Source: a virus (taxonomy: Duplodnaviria > Heunggongvirae > Uroviricota > Caudoviricetes). Taken from it: a stretch of DNA of 64,000 nucleotides. A program made the position numbers and the translations under genes. The notes under the pieces were generated by a model that was not told the origin of the DNA, ran no database searches, and worked only from the letters and a program-made list of their open reading frames with translations. Shown one piece after another: positions 13,563 through 24,594 of the stretch. How positions within the stretch are numbered: position 1 is the first letter of the stretch; each line of letters opens with the position of its first letter. The stretch lies in the IMG/VR virus record IMGVR_UViG_3300021399_000109, positions 30,710 through 94,709 of that record, one strand, 5' to 3'.

Positions 13563-14054
13563 TTAACTAAAAGCAACTCTTAATATATGACTCCATACTT
13601 TATCTTCAAATTCTTTGCTTTGAACATATTTAACAGTTCTATCATAAATAGAAGGGGGAGTAATAACTCGATGTCCATGGTCTCCTTTCATCCATGCTGT
13701 GTCTATTACTTTTTGAGGTGTCCAAGTGCCAGTGGGATATTCAAACATATACATATCACTTACTTCTATCCCCCCTTCATAAAACCCTTTTCCTTTTACA
13801 GCATAAGGAAAATAAGAATTATTTCTTAAATTATCTGTTCGTTTATATCTAATAGGAGTATATAAATCATAAAAATAATCATTCATTAATTCTGGCATCT
13901 CTTCCATCAATTGTCTTTGTACAAACATTGCTCCTTCTGTAGCTATTTGCTCAGCCAATTCCTCTATCTCAGCATCTAAATTTATTTCATTGGTTGCCAT
14001 TTTTATTTCTACCCCTTCCATAAAAAAAATACTATTATTTTTTAAAATCCTCAA
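13563..14054 (-). CDS. Tail-region protein, possibly HK97 gp10-like (likely start MATNEIN near 14000)
   Basis: Position just before tape measure; DLYTPIRYKRTDNL motif; own RBS GGAAGGGG. Confidence 0.45.
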   Translation of the reverse strand: MRILKNNSIFFMEGVEIKMATNEINLDAEIEELAEQIATEGAMFVQRQLMEEMPELMNDYFYDLYTPIRYKRTDNLRNNSYFPYAVKGKGFYEGGIEVSDMYMFEYPTGTWTPQKVIDTAWMKGDHGHRVITPPSIYDRTVKYVQSKEFEDKVWSHILRVAFS

Positions 14055-14685
14055 TATTAATATTTTTTAGAATTTGAGTAATTTTATCTTCATCTAAATC
14101 TTCTACAAAATGCTCTAAACTTCCTAATAAACTATCAATTCCTTTAGCTATATAAGGATAAAAATCACCTAATTTTTTAGTAATCCAGTTCTGTACATTA
14201 TAATAATTTACCCTTACATCTCCAATTTTCATTTCAAGAACAGCTTCTAAAGTTGCAACTTCAGATTCTGGAATTAATTTAATTATTTTATCTAACAACC
14301 CATATCTACAAATTGAATTAAATTCTTTCGTCCATCCTTGCGCATGAACGTTAATATTAGTATAAAAAGCAATTAAGGTGTAAATATACAATAAATATTT
14401 TTTGCAAGAATCTACAGATACATCTCCATTTTTATCAAACATGGATTGCGCTACAATAATATCTGCATAACCACATACAACCTCAAAATTTGTATATTCT
14501 ACAGTTTTAACAGATTTTTCTAAAAAAACTTTCTTGGCTTCTTCACTTTTAAAACTATTATATTTAGAAATAAGCCAATCTAACTCAATCTTCTTTTCTC
14601 CCCAAGATGTTAAATTATCTTCTTTATTATTCTTATTATTTATATCTAAAACTTGATTTACGTCAACAATTTTTTCTTTATCCAT
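14035..14685 (-). CDS. Hypothetical tail-region protein (tail assembly chaperone candidate)
   Basis: 216 aa ORF with RBS; position only. Confidence 0.35.
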   Translation of the reverse strand: MDKEKIVDVNQVLDINNKNNKEDNLTSWGEKKIELDWLISKYNSFKSEEAKKVFLEKSVKTVEYTNFEVVCGYADIIVAQSMFDKNGDVSVDSCKKYLLYIYTLIAFYTNINVHAQGWTKEFNSICRYGLLDKIIKLIPESEVATLEAVLEMKIGDVRVNYYNVQNWITKKLGDFYPYIAKGIDSLLGSLEHFVEDLDEDKITQILKNINIEDFKK

Positions 14686-14697
14686 AACATACTCCTT

Positions 14698-15177
14698 TTA
14701 ATCAAAACTATTAATATATCCTTGTCCAATTAATATAGCATCAGACAAATCATCCGAAGTTGTTTCTATATTATAAATACTTTTAATTTTATTTATAGAC
14801 CATTTTTTTAATTCTTCTCTTTTTCTCGGAATTTTCTCTTCTCTATCTTTTATCAATTTTCTCCATTCCGTAGGTCTTAAAGAATGATATTCAATTCCTA
14901 ATTCTAAACATTTATACCGTATAGCCCCAAGTATCATTGTAAGATTCCGTTGTGCTTCAGCATTCCTATTTACGACTGTTAATTCTGTTACTACAATATG
15001 TGGTTGTTCTTTTTCAATTATTTTACATATAAATAGCATCATATTATTAATTCTATCTTCAGTATTTTTTATATGACTAGCATTATATGTATAATAAGAT
15101 TTAAGAACTCCATTTATAAAAAAGCTATAACCTGTAATATTAGTAGATGAATCTATTGACATTAATTTACATTCCAT
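14698..15177 (-). CDS. ruvC: RuvC-like Holliday junction resolvase
   Basis: SIDSSTNITGY N-terminal strand, IVVTE, PTEWRK and DDLSDAILIG acidic motifs. Confidence 0.85.
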   Translation of the reverse strand: MECKLMSIDSSTNITGYSFFINGVLKSYYTYNASHIKNTEDRINNMMLFICKIIEKEQPHIVVTELTVVNRNAEAQRNLTMILGAIRYKCLELGIEYHSLRPTEWRKLIKDREEKIPRKREELKKWSINKIKSIYNIETTSDDLSDAILIGQGYINSFD

Positions 15178-15183
15178 AATTAA

Positions 15184-15405
15184 TTACCTCAACTCATGAT
15201 TACACCATTTTTCATATATTTCTTCAGTATCTTTTTTTAAAAATACACCAACTAAAACATCTCTGTCATAATCATCTAAACTGGTATATAAATCTATAGG
15301 ATATACATGATGCTTAATATACATTAGTAATTGTCTTAAATTAACAATTCTTACAACATCTCTTGGATGATAACTTATTTTATTTATATTAGATTCAATT
15401 TTCAT
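15184..15405 (-). CDS. Small hypothetical protein (start MKIESN)
   Basis: AGGAGG RBS before ATG at 15405; the longer ORF-track start overlaps a terminator hairpin. Confidence 0.6.
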   Translation of the reverse strand: MKIESNINKISYHPRDVVRIVNLRQLLMYIKHHVYPIDLYTSLDDYDRDVLVGVFLKKDTEEIYEKWCNHELR

Positions 15406-15415
15406 TTTTCCTCCT

Positions 15416-15469
15416 AAAAACAAAAAAGGGAGTATAGCCTTGAATAGTAGGCTATACTCCCCATATATA
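15416..15469 (-). terminator. Rho-independent terminator
   Basis: GGGAGTATAGCCT/AGGCTATACTCCC stem followed by a T-tract on the minus strand. Confidence 0.75.
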
Positions 15470-15511
15470 AAATCACTATTCAACGCATTAAATTAATATG
15501 CAATACTAAAA

Positions 15512-15994
15512 TTATTTATTTTTTTTATACTTCTTTTTAAAAGCAGAAGCTTGAGATATTTTGTCAATATTATCTGATATTTCATCCGTAGAAATAGTAT
15601 TATTTTCAATTACATCAGAAATTGTTTTAGAAGTAGTTTCATCTACTACTACATTATCTACAGCAACTGAAGATAAATCATCTGTTTTACTATTCACTTC
15701 TTTTTCAATATCTTCATCCGTTTCATCCATGATTCCATAAATTTTATTATATGTATTAGCAAAAGATTTTGTATAATACATATGTCTTGAAGTATCTAAT
15801 TTTTCTAATTTCTTTTTTGCTTTGTCAGCGTCAATAACTTTATTCTCATAATCATTCATTACTTCATAAATATTTTTACAATTTTCACCACAAAAAATAT
15901 TCATATAAGTCGGAAGATGCTTAAACTTAGAACATCCTGTACAATATTCATAATCTTTCTTACATAATAAACATATCTTTTTATATTTGCCCAT
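15512..15994 (-). CDS. Hypothetical protein with N-terminal Cys cluster
   Basis: CLLC...YCTGC...CGENC; 160 aa. Confidence 0.6.
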   Translation of the reverse strand: MGKYKKICLLCKKDYEYCTGCSKFKHLPTYMNIFCGENCKNIYEVMNDYENKVIDADKAKKKLEKLDTSRHMYYTKSFANTYNKIYGIMDETDEDIEKEVNSKTDDLSSVAVDNVVVDETTSKTISDVIENNTISTDEISDNIDKISQASAFKKKYKKNK

Positions 15995-16110
15995 AATATT
16001 ATTTCTCCTTGTAATTCATATAAAATATTTTATAAAATAAAAAGCCATAATATTATGGCTATAGAAATAAGAAAGTGGGCTTTGACACCCACTCTCCCAA
16101 ATAAAAGAAA

Positions 16111-16899
16111 TTAGTCTTCTTCGTCATCAGCGGCGGCAAAGATTTCATAAAGAACCTTTTCATCACCGCAGTAGCCAATCTGTAAATCACCATTAAAGTC
16201 AAGCTGACCATCAGTAGTCAGATTAATAGTAGTTTCAGGGCTAGGTTGGAAGGAAGGAAGTACGATGTAAAGTGCAGTCAGAACATCAGGCTCACAAGGA
16301 GTTACACCAACTGCTTTAAGTGTAAGTTTAACAGTCTTAGGATAGTTACCTGCTGTATTAACAATACGAACACCATCACTAACCTTTCTTTCATACTTAA
16401 TAATATACTTCTCGGTATTAGAAGTATCTGTAGGCAGAGTCAGAGTAGTGCCAGAAACAGCAAATTCAGTTTCACTAGCCGCAGAACCAATAGTATAAGC
16501 CTTACCAAGAGAACCATCATTAGTAAAAGCATTAACAACAATAGTACCAGTTACAGCATCAGGAATGCTAACTGTTTTGTCAGAAGCCTTAGTAACAATA
16601 ATCTTGGGCATATTAATAATATTATCAGCAGTAGCCATAAAAGGGTCATTACCAGATTTAGCCCCAAGAACGTTCAGGTTAAGCATAGCATTGGTAGCAG
16701 TAAATGTACCAGTTTTTGCCTGCCAGAATCTTTTAATTAAGTTTCCTTCAGCGTCAACGGCATCCTTGGATTCCGCAGTAATTTCAATAGAAGCATCAGA
16801 AAGCTGAGTCAGAACATACAGCAGTTCAGCACCATCAGTAGTTTCCGCTGTAGCCATCTGGATTCTATCAATAATAAAATCGCCTAATTTGAAAGACAT
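16111..16899 (-). CDS. Major tail (tube) protein candidate
   Basis: Position; Thr/Ala/Gly-rich beta-type sequence; codon usage shared with the capsid gene (C-ending codons); downstream hairpin near 16071-16096. Start MSFKLG after AAAGGAG. Confidence 0.65.
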   Translation of the reverse strand: MSFKLGDFIIDRIQMATAETTDGAELLYVLTQLSDASIEITAESKDAVDAEGNLIKRFWQAKTGTFTATNAMLNLNVLGAKSGNDPFMATADNIINMPKIIVTKASDKTVSIPDAVTGTIVVNAFTNDGSLGKAYTIGSAASETEFAVSGTTLTLPTDTSNTEKYIIKYERKVSDGVRIVNTAGNYPKTVKLTLKAVGVTPCEPDVLTALYIVLPSFQPSPETTINLTTDGQLDFNGDLQIGYCGDEKVLYEIFAAADDEED

Positions 16900-16952
16900 A
16901 GCTTTATCTCCTTTCATAAAATTTTATTTATGATTCAATAAAATATATATAT

Positions 16953-17840
16953 TTATTTTTTATCATGCGTAATTTCTCGCATAAAATTAAACTGTTCTGA
17001 AGGTATTTTGCTACTATCCATAAAACCAGAATAAGCACCTTTTAATAATGCTGTAGACTGTTCATAGATTTGTAGTCTTTGAACACTGTCCATAAATTCA
17101 TAAATACCAACATTTTTTAATTCTTTTTTTTTATATTTAAAACCAGAATGATTTAAACAAGATGAAATCAAAGGTAACAAAGTAGAAGTAGTTTCTTCAT
17201 TTTTATGAAGATTATAATTCATTCTATCTTCCTCAATAATCCATTTTTTAGTTGTCTTTCCTTTAGCTTTTTCAACTTTAGGAAAAATATTAAAAATGGT
17301 TCTATAATATAAAGCCATCATATTATAAGTATTTTCATCTATTTCTATTTCTGGTTCTAATTCAGTTTCTGTTTCTTCATCTAATAAAGCAGGTTTATAT
17401 AAAACCATTGTCGGTTCAGGAACAGACACAGTTTCTTCCCCAGTTTCTTCATTAATTTCTAAGACAGGAGGAGATTGTTTAGTATAAATTTCAAATTTAG
17501 TAAAATCTAAATCACCAAGTAATATCTCTGTTGTTTTTTGTTCTAAATTTTTTACTAATGTAGCAAATAATTCAAAATCAGAAATTTTATTCCAATCTAT
17601 ACCTAAGTCCCATAACATTAGTCTATACATAGTTGGATTTCCAATAAAAACATTTAATACTCGCCAAAATTCAGATTCCCCATATTTTTTATCATACTCT
17701 AAAATATCCCCTATAGTTGGTTGATACATTTTAATCCCATTATATTCTAGAGGTTCTCCAAAGAATAATTGTAATTCAGATAATTTAGTTTTTGAATCTG
17801 TCATACTTATTATTCCTTCCCATGTGTCCCTTATTAACAT
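16953..17840 (-). CDS. Virion morphogenesis hypothetical protein
   Basis: 295 aa ORF in head-tail region. Confidence 0.5.
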   Translation of the reverse strand: MLIRDTWEGIISMTDSKTKLSELQLFFGEPLEYNGIKMYQPTIGDILEYDKKYGESEFWRVLNVFIGNPTMYRLMLWDLGIDWNKISDFELFATLVKNLEQKTTEILLGDLDFTKFEIYTKQSPPVLEINEETGEETVSVPEPTMVLYKPALLDEETETELEPEIEIDENTYNMMALYYRTIFNIFPKVEKAKGKTTKKWIIEEDRMNYNLHKNEETTSTLLPLISSCLNHSGFKYKKKELKNVGIYEFMDSVQRLQIYEQSTALLKGAYSGFMDSSKIPSEQFNFMREITHDKK

Positions 17841-18399
17841 TTGGTACAGTACCTGAAAATTTTAATCGTCTACAATAATATTTTGCATCAATTATCATAG
17901 GTCTACTTTCTATCAGATGAACTTGAAAACCTAAAACATTGCTCCAGTTTAACAAATCTGTAACTATATAAGCCAATAAATCTGTTCTAGCTACACCATA
18001 TTCAGTTTTCATGTTATCCTCATGTACTAGACACATTACTATAACTTCTTGATTTTTAATCGTATTATTATAATAATTTGTGCCAGTATCATCAATATCA
18101 AAAGCAATATAATTAATTACTTCCGTTTGAGTATCATTTAATTTTAAATAAGGGACTATTTTATCATGTTTTATGGATTCATTATAATCCATAATTTCCT
18201 GTCTCTTCTGGAGTTCCTCTTCTGTGGGATTATTTATATCTTCATATTTATTTAAAGGTCTAGGTTCAAATTTACCTAAAATTTCTAATAAATCAGGGTC
18301 TTGTTCAAACATTTCTTTTAATATTCGTTTTTTTAAAACTATATCATTATTACTATATTCATCTAAAACCCTTTCAATATTTTGTATATCTCTTTGCAT
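17785..18399 (-). CDS. Tail completion/terminator candidate
   Basis: 204 aa ORF; position upstream of tail tube. Confidence 0.4.
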   Translation of the reverse strand: MQRDIQNIERVLDEYSNNDIVLKKRILKEMFEQDPDLLEILGKFEPRPLNKYEDINNPTEEELQKRQEIMDYNESIKHDKIVPYLKLNDTQTEVINYIAFDIDDTGTNYYNNTIKNQEVIVMCLVHEDNMKTEYGVARTDLLAYIVTDLLNWSNVLGFQVHLIESRPMIIDAKYYCRRLKFSGTVPNVNKGHMGRNNKYDRFKN

Positions 18400-18400
18400 A

Positions 18401-19645
18401 TTATTCCACCTCCAATTTTACAGAAGTAGCATAATATCCATCTTTATCTTTAACAGATAATGTAAATTGATTTCCTGATAATTTTTTAGATTTACCAACT
18501 TTTATCATAATAGTATTATAATCATACTTTGTAATTTTAATAAGATTTTCAAGGTACTCCTTTGTTGATTCGTCATAAAGATTTTCTTCATCTATTAAAG
18601 CAACTCTCCATTCGGTTTCAACATTGTCCATATCAATATCATCTTCTTTAAACTCAGCCATAAAATAATAATTTTTCCCTATTGTCACAGGTATAGTATC
18701 TACAATGTTAGGGTCTTTTTCAAGTTCATTATTATCATTAATTATAGCGGAATAAATAGTCGAAATCCTTCTATCTACAGGTATATCTGTAGGTTCTTGT
18801 AATCTTACTTCGCCCATACGATTATAATAATTACATAAAAGTAAATCTATATTATCAACAGTTTTATCAACTTCTGTTTGTTTGAATGTCATTTTTATTA
18901 TTCCTAAAGGTACTAAATCTTGTACTTTAGTAACTTGGTAAACTTTGGGATTTATAATATTATTAGTAATCATGAATCTTTCATCATGTTGAATGTATCT
19001 GGAATCGCATAAATCATAATCATATAACTTATCCCCATATAATTGATAGGTATCAGGCATCCATCCGTTTGTAACTTGGTCAAGTTGAGTCATATAGTCG
19101 GCTCTCCAAACACCACTCGTATAACTATTAGCATTCCTAACACTTCCCCATACATGTAAAATTTTCATTTTACCATGTACTTTATATACCCATCTAAAAT
19201 TCCAATTACATCTAATAATATTATATCTAATAAATTGAGTAGCATCATCTCTACCCACTATCATCCATAATTTATTTACACTAAAATTAGGGTCTTGAAA
19301 AGGATTATCTGGTTGATAATTATAAAATCCAATATCAGGGCTATCATCATCTGGAATAAATACATAAGTTCCTACTGGATAATGAACATGCGGTCTAAAT
19401 TGTAAATAACTATCAACAGCATCCTTTAAAATAGAATAAGAAGCATGTTTGCCATATTTAGCATCAACATAATTCCATCCCTTTTCTTTATCTAAAATAT
19501 AAACCCTTTTATATCCTATATCATTCGTAAAAGTCGCATTCATAATCATATCTGACTGTGCTTTTCTTACTTCTGATAAATTCTGTCCTTTATTTAATAA
19601 AGCATTCGTATAATCTTGCAACGTAATAATGCCCATAATAATCAC
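18401..19645 (-). CDS. Head-tail joining protein candidate
   Basis: 414 aa ORF; position; C-terminal beta-rich (Ig-like) segment. Confidence 0.4.
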   Translation of the reverse strand: MIIMGIITLQDYTNALLNKGQNLSEVRKAQSDMIMNATFTNDIGYKRVYILDKEKGWNYVDAKYGKHASYSILKDAVDSYLQFRPHVHYPVGTYVFIPDDDSPDIGFYNYQPDNPFQDPNFSVNKLWMIVGRDDATQFIRYNIIRCNWNFRWVYKVHGKMKILHVWGSVRNANSYTSGVWRADYMTQLDQVTNGWMPDTYQLYGDKLYDYDLCDSRYIQHDERFMITNNIINPKVYQVTKVQDLVPLGIIKMTFKQTEVDKTVDNIDLLLCNYYNRMGEVRLQEPTDIPVDRRISTIYSAIINDNNELEKDPNIVDTIPVTIGKNYYFMAEFKEDDIDMDNVETEWRVALIDEENLYDESTKEYLENLIKITKYDYNTIMIKVGKSKKLSGNQFTLSVKDKDGYYATSVKLEVE

Positions 19646-19971
19646 CCCCTGTTAATCTTATCAACAAGGTTGTGTGCATCAAGAACAATTTTTCTATAAA
19701 TAGAATAGTCAAAATTTTCTTTTAAAGATTCTTTATGTGCGGCTTCAAGCATTGACATTATACCAACTATTTCACTAGGATAACCTAGCAAAATATTTAA
19801 TCCATCAATTTCTCTCATTAAATTATAAAAATACTTATCAAAATTCACTTCAGAATATTTTTCGGATGTTTTAGGGTCTTTATACAATAACATCCAAAAC
19901 ATTTTACTATGCAGTTGTTTTTTATATTGCTCCATTTGTTCTTCTGAAAAAGTACCATAAATAGTTTTCAT
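19642..19971 (-). CDS. Hypothetical protein
   Basis: 109 aa ORF, translationally coupled. Confidence 0.6.
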   Translation of the reverse strand: MKTIYGTFSEEQMEQYKKQLHSKMFWMLLYKDPKTSEKYSEVNFDKYFYNLMREIDGLNILLGYPSEIVGIMSMLEAAHKESLKENFDYSIYRKIVLDAHNLVDKINRG

Positions 19972-19973
19972 AA

Positions 19974-20498
19974 TCAGGTACTTCCTCTCAAAGTGGCACT
20001 TGCACTTGTTCCGTCAACATATTCATTATTAATATAACCACGGTCTCTAATTAAAGAACGTTGTTTATAATATAAGTCATCTCTTAATGCTCTAATTCCT
20101 GTTAAATGCGTACTTTCTGAATACCATTTTTCAGCAGAACTTCCAAACATTTGACATATATTAGTTAATGAATTAACTTTAGGTTCAATCCAAGCCAGAG
20201 CAATTCCATATGATAATAATTCTATGATAAAGTTTTTATCTGAATAGTCATCAATTGAATATACTAATTCAGCTTTAATAACATTATCATCATCGCTTAA
20301 ATCTACTATATTATCTTCTATAGGAAGAGTAATAGTAGAAAATAATCTATAGACGTAAGGAGCAGATATAGCAGAATGCAACCAACTGCATAAGATTGCA
20401 TTCTGCATTTTTACGTCTTTATATAAAGTCATAAGGTCATATGCTTCTACCTTGGTATAAAATCTTGAAAAGACTTCTTCATAACTAATAGAAAGCAT
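19974..20498 (-). CDS. Head-tail adaptor candidate
   Basis: 174 aa helical ORF two genes after the capsid gene. Confidence 0.45.
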   Translation of the reverse strand: MLSISYEEVFSRFYTKVEAYDLMTLYKDVKMQNAILCSWLHSAISAPYVYRLFSTITLPIEDNIVDLSDDDNVIKAELVYSIDDYSDKNFIIELLSYGIALAWIEPKVNSLTNICQMFGSSAEKWYSESTHLTGIRALRDDLYYKQRSLIRDRGYINNEYVDGTSASATLRGST

Positions 20499-20512
20499 AA
20501 TGCACCCCCTAA

Positions 20513-21112
20513 TTAATTATCATATAAACCTGTAAGTAACATAAGTTGAGTTCCAAAATAATCATCTATTGTTTTAATAACTTTAACGCTATCAAGTTTA
20601 CCATTTGCTATATATTCAGATGCAAGAGACTTGATAGACTGTTTAGCCCCTTCAGGAAGTCGGTCAAGTTCTTCCACAATTTTGTTAACAGGAAGACGGA
20701 AAATTTGAGATAAATCATCAACTGAATACATATTGTCATAATATTTCTTCAGTTTAGGACTCTGATTAATAAAATCTTCATCGTCTACTACAATAAATGG
20801 TTTAAAGAGAAAAGTTGAATTTACATTAATTGCCGCAACCAAATCTTGATATTCGATTTCAGTCTCAGCCCCCATAGATTCAAATACATAAGTATTACCA
20901 GTTTTGATACCTGTCATAAAAGTTTTTCCAACCATAATAGAATGACAAGGAATTAATTCTTCTTTATCAAAAACTTTTTTAGTAGGTTTTTTTTCAACTG
21001 GTTCTTTTGATTCTTCTCTTTCAACAATATCTGGAATATTTTTTTCCTCAATACTTTTATTGGTCGTTTTTGTTTTCATTGAACGTGCCATAATTTTCTC
21101 CTTTTTAATCAA
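20513..21112 (-). CDS. Hypothetical virion-region protein
   Basis: 199 aa ORF directly after the capsid gene. Confidence 0.5.
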   Translation of the reverse strand: MIKKEKIMARSMKTKTTNKSIEEKNIPDIVEREESKEPVEKKPTKKVFDKEELIPCHSIMVGKTFMTGIKTGNTYVFESMGAETEIEYQDLVAAINVNSTFLFKPFIVVDDEDFINQSPKLKKYYDNMYSVDDLSQIFRLPVNKIVEELDRLPEGAKQSIKSLASEYIANGKLDSVKVIKTIDDYFGTQLMLLTGLYDN

Positions 21113-21130
21113 AATAAAAATTTCTTAAAA

Positions 21131-22264
21131 TTATGCAAGAGTCCAAGCACCGAAGTAACGTCCAATCTGAACGGCAGTACCGAAACTTCTTTGAACTTCA
21201 TACTTCATGACATCATCAATTCTGCCATGCTCTTCACCCTTTTGAGTAATTTCATCAATTTCAGTTTCACCTTGGTCAATAAATTTCACGAATTTATTAT
21301 CTACAGCAGGCATAATTAAAAGAATATCATCATCAACAAGTTTCTTGGTAATATCATTTAATTCAAATCTCTGAGGAAGTTCAAACAGAGTAGTTCCTTC
21401 ATAAGAGCCAAGTCTACCCATACGAGCAACATCTTCTTTCTGAATTTCTGCTCTCCAATCAACATCAGATAAAGCACTAATTTTCTTCAGAGCAAGTTTA
21501 GTACCCATAATTACTACAGGGGCTTCATTAGCCATCTGAACATTAGAGATGATTTCATCAAAAGCATCCTTAGTAGAAGCACCAAGAGTACCATTACCAA
21601 CAAACTGCGCCTGAGGTGTAATTTTCTTATAAGCATTCATCATCTGAGAGAAAATCTCATTCTGAATTTTAATAGTAAATGCTTTACCAATCATACCAAC
21701 CAGAGTAGCCCAATCTTCCTGACCAACCAGATAACGGTCAATATCAGCACCTACAGCCGCACCATATCTGGAAAGCGGAATAGTATAAGGCTGACCTTCG
21801 GCAGGTCTTTGGAGTATGAAATCATGATGTGCGCCTGAGACACGAGCAATAGACAGAATAATCTTTTCATCTGTCCAGAACTCTACGTCATCACCTGCGG
21901 CAATATTTCTATATTCTACATAATCATTGAAAAATTCATTCTCATGGAAACCAGTTTCCACTACCATATCAACAACTTCTTCAATAATTTCAAATAATTC
22001 TGTCCCATGCTTCTTAAAAGCCCTTTTACGGTCTCTCTTGGTGGGGTTTTCAGACAGTTCAAGAATAGCGTAAACAACTTTTCTTAATTTATCATTGGCT
22101 TCTCTCTTAGAAACTTTATTACCATCTTCGTCAAAAATATCCTCACCAGTAGCAAGGTCAAACATCAGATTGCGAACAGCATCGTAATCATATGTGTTCT
22201 CCGTACCATCATTGGAAAAGACATTAGAAAGATGTTGAGTAGAAAAATTCATAATTCTAGGCAT
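21131..22264 (-). CDS. Major capsid protein
   Basis: 377 aa; follows portal, protease and a 158 aa gene as in SPbeta-like order; highly-expressed codon bias. Confidence 0.75.
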   Translation of the reverse strand: MPRIMNFSTQHLSNVFSNDGTENTYDYDAVRNLMFDLATGEDIFDEDGNKVSKREANDKLRKVVYAILELSENPTKRDRKRAFKKHGTELFEIIEEVVDMVVETGFHENEFFNDYVEYRNIAAGDDVEFWTDEKIILSIARVSGAHHDFILQRPAEGQPYTIPLSRYGAAVGADIDRYLVGQEDWATLVGMIGKAFTIKIQNEIFSQMMNAYKKITPQAQFVGNGTLGASTKDAFDEIISNVQMANEAPVVIMGTKLALKKISALSDVDWRAEIQKEDVARMGRLGSYEGTTLFELPQRFELNDITKKLVDDDILLIMPAVDNKFVKFIDQGETEIDEITQKGEEHGRIDDVMKYEVQRSFGTAVQIGRYFGAWTLA

Positions 22265-22292
22265 TGTTATATCCTCCTTTCTTCAATGATGA

Positions 22293-22769
22293 TTAGTTTC
22301 CAACTACGAACTTCTTCGCACTAGAATCCCAAGTAACAGTTTTATCCTTTGCAGGAGTACCAGAGAAAATTACATCTGACTCTTCAATAATATCCAGAAC
22401 AGACAGAACATAACCCTTAACTACACTCTGGGCAGGATTATAAAAGTTACTTTCTTTTGTAAATTTACGAGTAAAATCTTCAGCAATAATAACAGGCTGA
22501 TGAATGAAAACTGTAGGAGTAGAACCCGCATTGGTAACTTCAATATACCAATGTCCATTTGCGGCTTTACCACGAATAACACCTGCAAAATCACTAGGAG
22601 CAGTTGTTACATTATATTCATCATAACCATGCCAATTTGTAACACCGACAAGTTCACCATTATCAGTGTCTTCAGTAATGTAGCAATTCAGCACATGACC
22701 ACACATGCCGCTTCTAACTTTTGAAGGAAAGGCTACATTATGGGAATCAATACTATAACTAATAGCCAT
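22293..22769 (-). CDS. Head decoration/cement protein candidate
   Basis: 158 aa between protease and capsid; same codon bias as capsid. Confidence 0.5.
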   Translation of the reverse strand: MAISYSIDSHNVAFPSKVRSGMCGHVLNCYITEDTDNGELVGVTNWHGYDEYNVTTAPSDFAGVIRGKAANGHWYIEVTNAGSTPTVFIHQPVIIAEDFTRKFTKESNFYNPAQSVVKGYVLSVLDIIEESDVIFSGTPAKDKTVTWDSSAKKFVVGN

Positions 22770-22809
22770 GATTTATCTCCTTTCATAATATTAATTTATA
22801 TTTATTTAT

Positions 22810-24537
22810 TTATTTTTTAAACAGATTTCCATATCTGGACTTCTTTGTACTTTTTACTTTAGATTCAAACATAGGAACAACATTTCTCCTTTTATTTTCT
22901 TCCATGTTTTCTTCAAAAGTTTGCCTATTCTTAGCTTTGGTAGCATTATTAAGAATTTCATCACATTTATCTATAACTTCTTGTACTGTATATTTAGAGC
23001 AATCAGCTAAGACCTTTTTAGAATAATTAATATATTCTTGATTATCTTTAATTGAAATATAATCACTTGAATTAAAGGTGTCTTTAATTTTCATTTCATT
23101 CTCAGCATCTTTATATCCCTGAAGTTCAGACTGAATAGAAGAATAATTAGAACGCATTGTATCAAGATTATCAAGTTCTTCTTGTGTACAGAATGTCGGA
23201 TAAACAGATACTCTGTCTCCTGTTAATGAATAAACATCCTTTCTTTTTTTATAAGTCTGTTTATAATATTTTTCGTTCCAATAATCTACCATCACAACGT
23301 ATGAATCATAAACTATAACAGAATACCATGCATTATCAGATTCGGCATAGGTATCATTAACCAAAGTCGAAAGTGCCTGAATAGTATCATTTAAAGATAA
23401 AGAAAATGTTTTCACTGAACCGTCTGAATAATTAATAGAATAATTAGTGGCATAAATAGACTCAGGTTCAGAATCTTCTTCAAATTCTTCTATATTTACA
23501 TCTTCTTCATTTACATCTCCTTCGACATCAGCTTCTTCATCAGCGTTATCTTTTTCTGTATTATCTTCAGACTCTTCTTCAAAACTTTCATTTCCTTCTA
23601 CATTATCCTTATCTTCTTCAGAAGGAGTTTCTTCGACTTCGCCAAATAATTCATTAAGTTTTGATTCAAATTCTTCTTCTGACATATTTTCATAATCAAA
23701 ATCAATATCATCAAAAGTTTTATTAAATTTTGCAAGAATTTCTTCAAATCCCATTTCAGATTTTCCTCCTTCCCTTAAAGATGAATTTATATTAATAGAA
23801 GAAAGTGTATTATTAAGTTTTGTAACTTCTTCTAATAATTTAGAATTGATAAGACTATTATTTTCTGCGCTAAAATCAGCAAAAGTAATATTTGCACCTT
23901 CCATACCTTCACCAATTTCATTACCCTCTTTATCTACACCAAGAATAGTAATACCAGAAAACTCAAAGTCTTCTATATTAAGAACTTTATTTTTAGCATC
24001 AAATGATAACTCAAATACATTAAGTTCGACACTTACTTTTGCTTCACCACCCATTCGTTCAAGAATTTGAGCGGAATGATTATATTGTCCATACAAATAA
24101 CCATCTACATGAACATAAGTTTTGTCTTTATCTTCATCATATTTTAATTCAGCTTTACAAGACTCTGGAATTAAGCCAACAGGAATCTCATCATAAATCA
24201 TTTCTCCATCAACTTCATGCATTTCATGACCACCAAATTCTTCTATTCCATCTACTGTATGGATAAAAGCAAGAATAGGTTTATTCTTTAAAGTGGATAA
24301 TTTTGATTTCATTTTAGATTCTTCTATATAACTCTTATTCCTATTTTCACCTGTATGACAAGCTTTTAAATGTACTGGAACAAGAGTTGAGTCATCATCT
24401 TCACTAAAAGTTTTAATAGTTGCAGGAATTTGTACAACAACTGATTTACCAGATTCTTGTGAATTAAATTTTACTGATTTATTTAAAGACACATAAAAAT
24501 CATATAAATTATCAAGTGTTAAATAAATTTTTCTCAA
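22810..24537 (-). CDS. Prohead protease with acidic scaffold C-terminus
   Basis: CHTGENRN...KPIL...GGHE...VSVEL...FSGITILG followed by a Glu/Asp-rich scaffold; position after portal. Confidence 0.75.
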   Translation of the reverse strand: MRKIYLTLDNLYDFYVSLNKSVKFNSQESGKSVVVQIPATIKTFSEDDDSTLVPVHLKACHTGENRNKSYIEESKMKSKLSTLKNKPILAFIHTVDGIEEFGGHEMHEVDGEMIYDEIPVGLIPESCKAELKYDEDKDKTYVHVDGYLYGQYNHSAQILERMGGEAKVSVELNVFELSFDAKNKVLNIEDFEFSGITILGVDKEGNEIGEGMEGANITFADFSAENNSLINSKLLEEVTKLNNTLSSININSSLREGGKSEMGFEEILAKFNKTFDDIDFDYENMSEEEFESKLNELFGEVEETPSEEDKDNVEGNESFEEESEDNTEKDNADEEADVEGDVNEEDVNIEEFEEDSEPESIYATNYSINYSDGSVKTFSLSLNDTIQALSTLVNDTYAESDNAWYSVIVYDSYVVMVDYWNEKYYKQTYKKRKDVYSLTGDRVSVYPTFCTQEELDNLDTMRSNYSSIQSELQGYKDAENEMKIKDTFNSSDYISIKDNQEYINYSKKVLADCSKYTVQEVIDKCDEILNNATKAKNRQTFEENMEENKRRNVVPMFESKVKSTKKSRYGNLFKK

Positions 24538-24594
24538 AGTGCTAATTACCTCCTTTCTTTAAAAATATATATAAAAAATAAGAGCCGTTAGCCC

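Noticed and set aside
14035-14054. Programmed frameshift joining the 216-aa and 163-aa ORFs (tail chaperone G/GT type) at TTT AAA AAA TAA
   Set aside because: The frames are related by +1 rather than the usual -1, and the downstream ORF has its own RBS and ATG near 14000.
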